DNA of 64,000 nucleotides. Source: Macrostomum lignano. Lineage: Eukaryota. The notes beneath the pieces are model-generated. The model saw only the letters and a list, made by a program, of their open reading frames with translations, ran no database searches and was not told where the DNA came from. The stretch is from positions 186,001-250,000 of the forward strand of contig NIVC01000955.1 in the NCBI GenBank assembly GCA_002269645.1, given 5' to 3'. Positions 1 through 11,098 of the stretch are shown in pieces. Position 1 is the first letter of the stretch. Each line of letters begins with the position of its first letter. The translations under genes and the position numbers were made by a program.

Positions 1-236
1 TCGAGCCAAAATACACAGCCTGTGCATTTAAGCATTATATCCCAACTAAAGGTAAAAAATGAAATTATCATTGCACAAAAAGCATTAGTTCTTCAGTAAT
101 ATAGGAAAAACTTGTCTTACAAGTAGCCAATAATTGTATTTATTATTACCTTAAGCAGCTTAACTACGCAAACAGCAAATTTAGTAATAAAAAAAACAGA
201 CAAAGCCAAGGCTATAAGATGATGCAGCATGATAAT

Positions 237-250
237 TTGCCCATGGCAAC
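237..250. promoter_or_regulatory. RFX X-box-like motif
   Basis: TGCCCATGGCAAC; the reverse complement reads GTTGCCATGGGCA, a full X-box half-site plus spacer. It sits in a small GC-rich patch within AT-rich DNA. No linked gene identified. Confidence 0.3.
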
Positions 251-632
251 GCAGAACAAGCAGCGCGCGAGGCTATTATATACTACTTGCAAATTTCCAA
301 TTTCTTCAGTAGCGTGCGAAAGGAATTAATTAATAAAACAGACAAATTCTAAACTCTTCATACGGGTGGGTCTTCTAAGCAAAAAATACCTAGAAGAAAT
401 AATTTAAAAACAGAAAAAAATTAATGGGACACCACGGGTGCAAACTGGCTTAATCTGCGATATAGGTTCTAGAACTTGACTGGCTATGATAAACAGTCCT
501 TGTGGTTTTTTAATTTTGCTTATAAATAATTCCATTAAGAATAATGGATAATAAATTGAAAGTTGAAGTTGAGACAACCATTGGATTCAAAGTGTGTTTG
601 TAGCGAGATAAGTCTGTACAATAAAACTGACT

Positions 633-720
633 GACAGACATGTAGACAGACAGACAGACAGACAGACAGACACTAAGACACTAAGACAGACCTCAAAGAC
701 AGACAGGCACAGACAGGCAG
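633..720. repeat. (GACA)n microsatellite with CTAA interruptions
   Basis: gacagacagaca...cactaagacactaagacag; reverse complement of the pattern at 42905-43965. Confidence 0.9.
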
Positions 721-1460
721 AAGCTAGTACTGAGTGAATCCAAAGGACAAGGTAATCTATACACAAGTTCTCATCCAGTGTAACTAAACCGCATATTAAT
801 TTTGCTGAAAATAAACTGGGTCCTGGCTTACATAGTAAGTATACAGCCTTTGTAGTTTGTACTGAGGGTTACCCCAGTCTCAGTAGAGCTAGCAGACTGC
901 AATAGGACTTTAAGAGACACAATATAAACAGAGAGAACATATATTCGAATCGAACACTGTATAATAAAAAATACCATCAATTATCGCAATATGAAAGGCA
1001 ATCAAAGCTTTAAACAAACACATTTTGAAATCTAAAAATTGTTTTAATGAAGTTAGGAGTTGTGTATCTACACAAAGCAACACATATTGTGATTTTGTAA
1101 CTTAGACAAAATGGGAAATTGAAAGGGTTATCTGTTATAGAATTTTTTTGTCTTTTTAAAGAAACCTTTTTGCAACAAAAGAATTCGATACATATCACAG
1201 ATACTAGAATAACTATTGATAGATGTCACTTGCAAAATGCGCTTATCTACTCTGTTTTCAGTAGCAAAATAGCGTTTTTGCCTATATGAGAAAAAATGAT
1301 TACATTATAAAAGATTTTTTTTCAAGTTTTTTTTAAATTGTCTCTGGCTTTCTGCAAGCGGAACCATTAGATTAGCATCTTCATCTTGTTTTACCGACTC
1401 CCAGCATCAGACCCGAAAATTCTTAACAAAGAAATGAAAGAAATAAAAATCCAAACCCAG

Positions 1461-1833
1461 TGTATGCATAGCGAGCAAGAGAGAAAAGGGATGGCGGCCC
1501 CCTAGCCAGGCCTTTCTTGGCTTCTCTCTTGCCCGATTGTGTCTAACTTTTGATCTCTCTCCTTACGAGTAATGCTCTCCTATTGGCTGAGCAAGGTTGA
1601 GCCTACCCCCTAGGCTAAGTTTCGACCGACCTCTCTCCTTACTGCTCTCCCATTGGCTGAGCTAAATTGGGCCTTCCCCCTAGGCCTAGACTGAGTTTCG
1701 TGTGTCTGACTTCGACCTCTCTCCTTACTGCTCTCCCATTGGCTGAGCCAGATTAGGCCTGCCCCCCAGACTGAGTTTAGTTCGTTTTGTGTTTACTTGT
1801 GTACACCGAATTAAAAGCTTGTTCTTAACCACA
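1461..1833 (+). mobile_element. Possible solo LTR
   Basis: TG...CA ends, three imperfect 70-86 bp direct repeats each with ATTGGCTGAGC (inverted CCAAT; 1582, 1652, 1738), and an ATTAAA-type signal near the 3' end. No TSD, PBS or PPT found. Confidence 0.3.
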
Positions 1834-2230
1834 TATGTTCTTGAGGCCGCAAATTTTAGCTGCCACTTGAAATTTTAGTGACACTGCGCAGACAAACTAC
1901 TGAAAAAAGAGTAGACGCAACTACTTTCGACAGCTTTAATTGCGAGGGACAACATCTAGTAGTTATTCTGGTATCTGCGATACACAGCAACTATATAATA
2001 CGACCATATATGATTTTCCCTAAATAACCTTGTTAAAATAATAATTATTACATGACGCTTGAATGAAGCACCGGTGATAGACACATACGCACAGACGCAT
2101 GTAAAAGCGCTTATTAAGAGTTTTTGGTAGGCATGAATGCGCGAGTAAATGCATATTTCAAAGAGTAGGCATAAGTGTTTTTTATTTAATAGCCAGGCCG
2201 CTGTCATCAATGCATTTTGAAATGTTCATT

Positions 2231-5200
2231 TTAACGCTTTGATTTGATTCGCTTATTATCGCTGGTTCCGTTTAGAACCTGCTGCTGTTGCTTTTTAGCC
2301 GCCGCTTCTGCAGCCAGCTGGTGAGCATAGTTCAACTGCTCAAGATCAGAATCTTCGCTAACAAATTCCAGATCCTCGAGTGCCCGCAGATCGGGCGAGT
2401 CGATCCTGTTGTTGGCGCTGCCTTTGTCCTTTGTTTTAACCGACTTTGAGGACTGTCGCTTGTCCTTCTCGGCACTGCCGCGGTGATGATGATGATGCTG
2501 GTGATGCTTTTTCTTCTTCTTTTTCTCCTCAAGCTGGCGTTGTTCGTGTCGCTTCTTTTTCTCTTTTTCCTTTTCTTTTTCTTTCTCTTTATCGCGTTCC
2601 TTCTTGAGTTCGGCCGACCGTCGTTTGTCCTTGACCTGATCTCGGCTACTCTCGGGGGAAGGCTTCGGCAGTTTCTGCCGTTTACTGCTGCCGCTGCTGG
2701 CGCTGGCTTGCCGCTGTCGAGACGATCGCTTCAACGTCGACGAAGAATTCGACACGGAGCCGCCGCCAGAACCGGCATCGGCTGCAACGACAACAGAGAC
2801 CAGACTGGTCTGTCTGGCCACTGGCGACACCGTGGCAGCCGTAGCGGCTGCCAGAGGCTGCTGCCGCTGTGGCGAAGACTTCGGCGGCGGCGGCGGCGAC
2901 GATTGTCGACGTCGCTTCGGCGACGAAGGCGGCGACCTGGGCGATCGAGGCGGCGATCGCGGCACCCTCTGCTGCTTTTGCTGCTTCGGCGATTCAGACG
3001 GCGACCGAGACGGGGATCGGGGCGGGGATCGGGGCGGCGAGCGTCGCTGCGAGGACAGCTGCCGCCGGCGACTAAATCGATCTCTATCCCGACCGCGCCC
3101 ATAGTCCCGATCCCGATCTCGATTTCGGTCCCGATCCCTGTCGCGTTCCCGACTGCCAACGCCGCTGCCGCCGCCTCCGCTAGGTTTAATAACGCCCATC
3201 CGTTCGAGAAATTTCTGGGTCTCCTCTTCAAGGATTCGCTCGTCTTCGGTCATCCGTCTGGCGGCGGCTGCCGACAAAGGCGCGGAGGCTGCGGCGGCGG
3301 CAGCGGGCTTGGCTGGATAGCCAGCGACTTGGCTTGGCGGCTCCGCAGCTTGGCCCTGATGCTGATAGCCCTGCGCAAGCGAAGGCCGAGGTGGCATAGT
3401 CGGCGGGGCCATGACTGGGCGCTGCTGATAGCCAGTTGAAATCGGCCCGCCAGGCGAATGCACCAATGGAGCCGGTTGGCGTTGGGGATTATTATTAGGC
3501 GCTGGACTGCGCCATTGCTGTTGCTGCTGCTGCTGATTTTGCATCGGCCTGCTGGGACCGACTGCTCCAATAGGCGGCATCGGGCCGCCAGTCAGGTTGA
3601 TAATACAGGCAGATTTATTGCCGCCAGCGCCGGGTCGGCGAGAAGCGCTGAGAATGTGGCCAGACGACTCGCCTGACCAGCTGTGAATGAGAGACTGCGC
3701 CCACTCCGGCATCTTCACCGATAGGACTCGTTCGCTGCCGCCGCCGGCTGTCGCTGCAGCGCTGACGCCGACTTTATTCATCGGTGTCGGTGCAGGCGTT
3801 GGTTTCGACTGGGTCGGCTGCGACACCGAGACTGCTGTAGTTGTTGATATTGTAGCTGCTGCTGCTGAAGAAGCGGCCTTTGCGCCGCTACCAGCAGCCG
3901 AGTTGTCAAGCTTTGGAAAGTACTTCTCCTCAATATCAGCGTCGCACAGCTCGTTGACATTCTCGTTCTCTTCTTCTTCTTCGTCGTCGCTGCTACTAGA
4001 GCTGCCGCTGCCTTGTCCGGCGGCAGCCTCGTCGGGATCTTCGCCCATGTCGCGTAGTAGCGCTTTGACTAGCTGGTCCTGCTGAGTCTTATTCAGCTGG
4101 GCTCTGTGCCGATTGCGCGACAGATTGAGATTTTCAACTTTACGTTTTGGCACCGACGGCAGGCCGAGTTCCTGTTCGATACGGCGAACCTGTTCCAGTT
4201 CGGCGATCTGCGAGATTGGCACCGACACAAACACCGGCGCTGGTGCAGCTGGCCGACCAGGCGTCGATGATGTCGGCGCAGACTGTTGAGTTGAGGACTT
4301 CTTGTCGACTATGGTAGCGTCGTTCGAACTGTTGGCGTCGTTCAGCGTCGGCAGCTCGTCTTCGTCCAACTCCATTGTCGTCGCCAACATTGTCTTGGAT
4401 TGGCGACTTCGACGGGACTGTCGGTGCTGCTTCTTGGACTTGGTCGATGAAGAAGACGATTTGCTGTTTTCGGCGGCAGCAGCCGACGCGTTCATACTTT
4501 CAACAGCTGCCACGAGCTCCTTGGTGATGATGGCCTCCAGTTCTAGCGACACGTCTATGGTGTTTTCAACAACTCGCCGCTTATCAATTGTTCGATCGTG
4601 CGCCTCCGCCTGGCGGACAACCGCCGCGGCTAGGGCGATCTCCTCCGGGGTGACGGCGTGCGGACGTATCGATTCGTCGCGGCCAAGCAGCAGCGACTCC
4701 TCGGTTTTGTCGAGCAGGAACGTCACAACCTGTTCAACTTCGCGAGCAACCGTTTGAGAATCTTCTAGAGCGGCAGAAGCTGCGTTATCTTCTTCTTCAT
4801 CTGACGAATAGGACGAGCCGGAGCAAGACGACGATGTCGACAGAGAGCTGTCGTCGTCAAACACGGAAGAATCATTGTCGTCGTCGTCGTCGTCAGCTCC
4901 GCCGGCCCGCAAGCCACCGGCTCCGTCGAATGTTCCGCGGGCGCCGCCGCCACCGGCTCCGTGAGCCAGCTTAAGAAACTCGCCAAACGGATTAATGTAA
5001 TAAAAAACTCGCTTGCTACCCTTGAACTCGTATTCGAAGTGGCCGAATCCTTGGCGCTGCAATTCGCGTGACAAAGCGCCTTTGCGCTGGTCTAGCACCA
5101 GGATGAAAGCGAATTTCATGCGCATCGTCTCCCAGAACTTTGGCGTATGAATAGCTGCGTCAGTGTAAGACATTATAGCCACATCCGCATTTGGCAGCGA

Positions 5201-5890
5201 ATCTATCGTGGCCTCTTCTACTCGTTCGTGCCAGAATTCGACACTACTGGCACCGGCCTCTTCAACGCTATTCATCGAAGTGACATACGGGCCCCAGCCA
5301 ATGAACTGGTCGATGCCAATCAGCTTGACGTACTTGGTGAATCCGACGTAGTCTCGGAGTGCGATAAGGATGGAGGCTATGCAAGGACCCGGGCCGCAGC
5401 CGATGCTGACAATACGCTGGGTGCGATTCAAAATCTCGGCTAACTGCGGCCCAATACCGCTCTGGCTGGATAGCAACTGTTTCAACGAGAACCAAACTGT
5501 CTGAATTCGACTGCGAAACAGATTCAATGTGTAGACGGCGCGCCAACCGCTTAATTTGTACATGAAACTAACGTCAAGCTTATCTGGCGCATTCTTCCAC
5601 GAATTGAATAATTTGCGCATATCTTCGCGCTGTTCAGGCGACATGTGTTTCAAATAGCGCTCCGCAACAGCGTACACAGCTTTGCAGTACGGCTCGCCTT
5701 TCTTATCGATTTCGCCTGTGCCGCTAACCATTGCCGACTGGGCTGCCGTCTGGACTCCAACAGCGCCAGGCTGTTGAGCCAGCATGGAATGATGAAGATG
5801 ATGCTGATGATGAAGCAGTTGCTGGCCGAGCCGGCCAGGCATCGGCTGGTAGCCCGCGATGGGCGGATAACCGAATGCGGGTAGCTGCAA
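2231..5890 (-). CDS. Intronless orphan protein: class-I SAM-dependent methyltransferase-like domain followed by long acidic, P/Q-rich, RD/RS-rich and K-rich low-complexity regions. Start uncertain (ORF track starts at TTG; first in-frame ATG is 5842).
   Basis: 3.66-kb open frame. Motif I IVSIGCGPG, beta2 VKLIGID, beta4 ADVAIMSY and beta5 FILVLD occur in Rossmann order. Tail includes RDRDRNRDRDRD and RSPPRSPPRSPSRSPS. Confidence 0.75.
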   Translation of the reverse strand: MQLPAFGYPPIAGYQPMPGRLGQQLLHHQHHLHHSMLAQQPGAVGVQTAAQSAMVSGTGEIDKKGEPYCKAVYAVAERYLKHMSPEQREDMRKLFNSWKNAPDKLDVSFMYKLSGWRAVYTLNLFRSRIQTVWFSLKQLLSSQSGIGPQLAEILNRTQRIVSIGCGPGPCIASILIALRDYVGFTKYVKLIGIDQFIGWGPYVTSMNSVEEAGASSVEFWHERVEEATIDSLPNADVAIMSYTDAAIHTPKFWETMRMKFAFILVLDQRKGALSRELQRQGFGHFEYEFKGSKRVFYYINPFGEFLKLAHGAGGGGARGTFDGAGGLRAGGADDDDDDNDSSVFDDDSSLSTSSSCSGSSYSSDEEEDNAASAALEDSQTVAREVEQVVTFLLDKTEESLLLGRDESIRPHAVTPEEIALAAAVVRQAEAHDRTIDKRRVVENTIDVSLELEAIITKELVAAVESMNASAAAAENSKSSSSSTKSKKQHRQSRRSRQSKTMLATTMELDEDELPTLNDANSSNDATIVDKKSSTQQSAPTSSTPGRPAAPAPVFVSVPISQIAELEQVRRIEQELGLPSVPKRKVENLNLSRNRHRAQLNKTQQDQLVKALLRDMGEDPDEAAAGQGSGSSSSSDDEEEEENENVNELCDADIEEKYFPKLDNSAAGSGAKAASSAAAATISTTTAVSVSQPTQSKPTPAPTPMNKVGVSAAATAGGGSERVLSVKMPEWAQSLIHSWSGESSGHILSASRRPGAGGNKSACIINLTGGPMPPIGAVGPSRPMQNQQQQQQQWRSPAPNNNPQRQPAPLVHSPGGPISTGYQQRPVMAPPTMPPRPSLAQGYQHQGQAAEPPSQVAGYPAKPAAAAAASAPLSAAAARRMTEDERILEEETQKFLERMGVIKPSGGGGSGVGSRERDRDRDRNRDRDRDYGRGRDRDRFSRRRQLSSQRRSPPRSPPRSPSRSPSESPKQQKQQRVPRSPPRSPRSPPSSPKRRRQSSPPPPPKSSPQRQQPLAAATAATVSPVARQTSLVSVVVAADAGSGGGSVSNSSSTLKRSSRQRQASASSGSSKRQKLPKPSPESSRDQVKDKRRSAELKKERDKEKEKEKEKEKKKRHEQRQLEEKKKKKKHHQHHHHHRGSAEKDKRQSSKSVKTKDKGSANNRIDSPDLRALEDLEFVSEDSDLEQLNYAHQLAAEAAAKKQQQQVLNGTSDNKRIKSKR

Positions 5891-6007
5891 TGCGGAATCA
5901 TCCAGTTGTCATTGGGAGTTCGGCTCATTTTTAAGGCGACGGATCTACTTCATTGAGAATTGACAGCAACGGTTCTACTTTCAATTCTACTTATTTATAG
6001 CGATGGG

Positions 6008-7240
6008 CCTACTTTCTACTCTGCCATGTCAGTGTAAAGGATGAACTTTCTACTCTCCCATGTCAGTGTAAAGGATCTACTTTCTACTCCCCCATTTCAG
6101 TGTAAAGGATCTACTTTCTACTCTCCCATGGCAGTGTAAAAGACTTACACTGTGTGTCATAAAAGTTCCAGGACTGAAGTCATAATTCCACCCCCAATCG
6201 CAGTGTAAAGGATCTACTTTCTACTCTCCCATTGCAGTGTAAAGTATCTACTTTCTACTCTTCCATTGCAGTGTAAAGTATCTACTTTCTACTCTCCCAT
6301 TGCAGTGTAAAGTATCTACTTTCTACTCTCCCATTGCAGTGTAAAGTATCTACTTTCTACTCTCCCATTTTAGTGTAAAGTATCTACTTTCTACTCTCCC
6401 ATTTTAGTGTAAAGGATCTACTTTCTACTCTCCCATGGCAGTGTAAAGTATCTACTTTCTACTCTCCCATTTAGTGTAAAGGATCTACTTTCTACTCTGC
6501 CATGGCAGTGTAAAGGATCTACTTTCTACTCTGCCATAGCAGTGTAAAGGATCTACTTTCTACTCTGCCATGGCAGTGTAAAGGATCTACTTTCTACTCT
6601 CCCATTTAGTGTAAAGGATCTACTTTCTACTCTGCCATGGCAGTGTAAAGGATCTACTTTCTACTCTGCCATGGCAGTGTAAAGGATCTACTTTCTACTC
6701 TGCCATGGCAGTGTAAAGGATCTACTTTTTACTCTGCCATGGCATTGTAAAGGATCTACTTTCTACTCTGCCATGGCAGTGTAAAGGATCTACTTTCTAC
6801 TCTGCCATGGCAGCGTAAAGGATCTACTTTCTACTCTGCCATGGCAGTGTAAAGGATCTACTTTTTACTCTGCCATGGCAGTGTAAAGGATCTACTTTCT
6901 ACTCTGCCATGGCAGTGTAAAGGATCTACTTTCTACTCTGCCATGGCAGCGTAAAGGATCTACTTTCTACTCTGCCATGGCAGTGTAAAGGATCTACTTT
7001 TTACTCTGCCATGGCAGTGTAAAGGATCTACTTTCTACTCTGCCATGGCAGTGTAAAGGATCTACTTTCTACTCTGCCATGGCATTGTAAAGGATCTACT
7101 TTCTACTCTGCCATGGCAGTGTAAAGGATCTACTTTCTACTCTGCCATGGCAGCGTAAAGGATCTACTTTCTACTCTGCCATGGCAGTGTAAAGGATCTA
7201 CTTTTTACTCTGCCATGGCAGTGTAAAGGATCTACTTTAT
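6008..7240. repeat. 34-bp minisatellite (GGCAGTGTAAAGGATCTACTTTCTACTCTGCCAT), about 35 copies
   Basis: Period 34 measured (6609 to 6643). Degenerate at the left edge, homogeneous at the right, with a short unrelated insert near 6145-6195. Confidence 0.97.
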
Positions 7241-9114
7241 ACTTTGCTATTTTAGGCCAAAGTCTAACTACTCTAACATACGAAGGTACTCAACAACGAG
7301 ACAAGCTATCTATAGCTTGGGAATTGAAACAGTTTCAAAAAAATAACACAGTCTCTTAAAGGAACATAAAATCAATATCAAGACTCAAAAACTTGTATAT
7401 TTAAACACGAAAACACTTATGTGTAAATTATGACATTAACAGGGATACGACTGTCACTGTTAAAACAGCTAGACAAATAAATGCAAACATGGACTATCAC
7501 GTATGCCAACAGTTCGATTCAGTCCGTTTTAGATTGCGGTCCGCAGCATTTAGCGACGATACTTCTCAATCTCGAGACTGAAATGATATTAATGATACTT
7601 CAAATGAAATATAAATTACAGAGCTCAAATTCAGAAATTTGTATGCCAAAATTAATTTGGCGTCATGATACACGTTATGACACAAAAACCCTAAAAAAGA
7701 CATTTGCCAGTTAAAAGGAAAGCCTCAAAAATGATTTTGATGTACTCGGGTACTAAAGGCTATTTCACACCGACATCAACTGAGAGCTATCAAAGTCACG
7801 TGACTGGATTAATGCACAGAGACGAACCATATACGCCTCAAGCAGTGTGATCACCGGAATTGCTGGCCCCTAGTTTGATGGCTGTTTTCAGATTTATAAA
7901 GCTTTTCGTTAAAAAAAGCAAGGATTATATGTGATTTTTTTATTCTACATACAATTACATTTGTCCTGTGCCTAAAAACCATTGAAATGGGTAATTAACA
8001 TTCTTAGCTGACTGTGTCAATGTGTCAGTAAATTTTTCGGCGAAAACCAACCTCAAAAACATTTTTTTAAGAAACGTAATTTCCAGTCCTTCTACTTGAG
8101 AAGTCCTTGGAGAAAACATTAAATGTCAACTGTTCTCGGTTTTTTTCTCTAACGAATAGTGCTAAATTAAAATAAAAATTTGTACATGTTAATTAACCTT
8201 GAATTGGATCATTTAATATCTCAAAGCTGCTACTCCACTACAGCACCATGAACCAGAGCTCAAATATTAATTCGTCATTCGTTTACTTGTGTCACATGTA
8301 TAAATATGCAAACCTATAAGATAAATATATATAGACTAGCCAACTATATTCACACTCTCAAAGATATACGTGCCAAAATAATTACACTTGGACAGAGAGA
8401 CGCGACGCGACAAGACAGGGCAGAAATCTCTCTTGCTCTCTCTCCCTCTCATCTGCTCCTGGAGACTTTTCGAAGCTTTATTAAGCCGGCAAGCAAACCC
8501 AAAGCCTAGGCACTGCGGCACGAACGAACCGAGAGGATAGTAGGGGATAAATAATGCGGATCCTTGGCACTCCCTGTGCCTAGTATGTTTTCTCAGTAAC
8601 AGCAAATGCAGCGAGTAGTCGAGCGAAATCTTTTATCCTTCACTTTCTCTCTCTCTCTCTCTCGCTCCTTTCTCGAACCCAATTTCGACTAAACGCAACC
8701 CGTCATTTCTGAGAGACTCGGGTCGGGCCGGGTCGATCGCGAGAGAGAGAATGGGAAGGAAGGGAAAAGATTTCATACGACGACGAGGACGACAAGATAT
8801 TCGCGGCGCAAGAGGAACAGTACGGATGGGAAAGGATTATAGCCGGGGAGAAATCCTGCGACGGGAGGAAAACAGGGGCTGAAAAACGAAGCAAAGACAC
8901 GCGCGATTCGCAGCGACAGCAGCAGCAGCAGTTGACAGTTTTTCACGCTCCCACGCTCCCATAGGCTGGGTGTCGGTTGAACTCTAAAAATTCAATATCT
9001 AACAGTGCAGTAGCTTCAATAGCGAATGAGAAGTTGGGGATTTTTTGTATAGTAGAGAGCCATTCTCTCGGAAATATAGTGGGATCCTTCATTGAGAAAA
9101 GTAGAGGCCAGAGG

Positions 9115-9410
9115 GCGAGTTTCTGATGAGTAGATACTGATTCTAAAGCGAGTAGAGGGTGATTCTCAAGCGAGTAGAGGGTGCTTCTCAAGCGAGTAGA
9201 GGGTGCTTCTCAAGCGAGTAGCGGTGATTCTCAAAGTAGAGGGTGTTTTTCAAAGAAGTAGGGGGGTTCTCAAGCGAGTAGAGTGTGATCTCAAGGAAGT
9301 AAACGGTGATTTCAAGGGAGTAGAGGGTGATTCTTAAAGGAGTAGAGGGTGATCTTAAGGGAGTAGAGGGTGATTCGCAAGCGAGTAGAGGGTGATCTCA
9401 AGGGATTAGA
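9115..9410. repeat. Degenerate ~22-bp tandem repeat (GAGTAGAGGGTGATTCTCAAGC)
   Basis: About 12-13 diverged copies are visible. Confidence 0.85.
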
Positions 9411-10389
9411 TTAAAGGCAGTAAAATATCTTTGGGAGGACAGGGAAACTTCCAACGCAGCTATGATAGAAATCGGAAATCGGATACCAACATAAGGGGTA
9501 CACGGAAGCCCGCTAATTACGCTATGGTTGCGGTTTCTTACAAAAAAACTACAAAATTTAGGAACCGAACCGGTAGGCAGGTATTAGCCTACTCATAAGC
9601 AAACAGACTGAAGTTAGATTGGACGCTTCGTTCCCGTTTGAATAGGTTGGCTGGACGGCACAAGACTGACATGCCGCGACTGGCCGGAGGAGAAACTTAA
9701 AATTAACTAGAGCAGATGAAGGAGAGGCAGGGAGGCACGGCTGGCGGCTAGAAACGACTAGGAAACAGTGCACCACAAGTAGGGCAGCAGTAATTAGAGC
9801 AAAGCTCCCCCATCATCTATTCCTCGTTCCTTTCTCTCTCTTAAGTTCTTCCCTAGTCTCTCCTCCTCACAACTGCGACCAAAAAACTGCAGTAGCCCCA
9901 GACTGGACCAGTTCATAAGCGTCTCAATCGAGAGCTCCCCAGTGCGTTCCCAGCTTCGTTACGACTCTATCCTAGTGAGACGAACACACACGCCAACTGC
10001 AAGCAGGAAGCATCCAGCAGAGCTTCCAATCGAGTGGGGGCGGGCAGTTCATGCTTCTCCACCACTGCCTCCTGGCCTGTCACATTGCTTCTTGCTGTTC
10101 TACAGGGCAAGCGCACCGCATGGCCTATCCCGAACAATGTAGAAATAAGACGAGACATCTCGTTAACAGCCTTATACGTCCCACCATTCAATATTTCTGT
10201 ACTCCCTTCATCACTCTTCTCGCGTTTTTAAAGCTCTAGGCAACTTTTAAATAATAATTATGAAGCATGCATTATAAAGGGAGAAGAGAATTAATACAGT
10301 ATAGCTTATTGAAACATATATTATATTAATTCAAAATATTTCCATAATTTCAGCGAAACCTTAAACAGCAGATTTAGCCTAGCTAGCCG

Positions 10390-10990
10390 ACTCAATAATA
10401 ATAAACCAGGCACGGACTGCACCAGTTAGAACTAGGGCTAATGCGGTAGGGCCCGAGAAGAGAGGCGGTAGAATCGGAATGAAATTTGGGAGGCTGGGAT
10501 AGAGAAGTGGGAGAGGGTGGGAAGCGATGGGAACTTTAGCTAGTGAATGCCGCCAACGCCTGTGTGAGCAAGGAAATTGGAGATAGAAGGTCGAGATAAG
10601 AGAGAAATAGAGGGGGCGAGAGATGAAAGACTGAGAGACGAATTTGGGCCAAGGGGAAGAGACAAGAAAAGGTGGCGTAGGCCGGGAGGAAACTAAAAGC
10701 GGAGCGGGTGGGGCGGCGGTGAGACGGGGAGGGGTTGAAGGGCAGCGGTTAAGCCGAAGAAAAAAACCGCCAAGCAGATCTGCTGTTGGCTGATGGAGTA
10801 CAGTTCTGGGGGTGCCAACTAGGAGGGTCACGCGCGTACGCTTTGTATGTCCCTGTGTACACAAAAAGCAATGGAGGAGCAGGGGGAGACCTGGGACAAG
10901 CTTGGGGACAGGGGAGACGCACTGAATTATCCAGGAGCTTGTGCCGCTCATCCTACTGCAGAACAGGCATGGCTAGAGGGGGAAAGCTTT
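10390..10990 (-). mobile_element. Possible decayed 3' end of a non-LTR retrotransposon
   Basis: The minus strand ends ...GCCTGGTTTATTATTATT (short TTA tail) after a pyrimidine-rich UTR-like tract and an H-x-x-x-C-like coding remnant. No RT motif seen. Confidence 0.2.
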
Positions 10991-11098
10991 GAGTCTATTG
11001 GCCGAAAGGTGAATGACTGATTTATAAGAGGCTGTGTTTTCATTGCTCAGCTCCGAGTGCAAAGCCGCCACAAGAGAGACAGTGCTAGTGAGGTCAAA

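Noticed and set aside
2332-5934. Many overlapping ORFs on both strands (e.g. 2483-3439 +, 318 aa)
   Set aside because: Shadows of the GC-rich, low-complexity 1219-aa ORF; no domain signal.
6146-6177. TACACTGTGTGTCATAAAAGTTCCAGGACTGA resembles a mariner TIR inside the 34-bp array
   Set aside because: No partner TIR; TTACACTG is also the inverse of the array's own CAGTGTAA, so a local inversion explains part of it.
7796-7805. GTCACGTGAC palindromic E-box (also at about 38235)
   Set aside because: A 10-bp motif with no linked TSS evidence.
9123-9150. CTGATGAG hammerhead ribozyme core
   Set aside because: No stem II followed by GAAA and no cleavage triplet arrangement; the same applies to the minus-strand CTGACGAG at 15879-15886.
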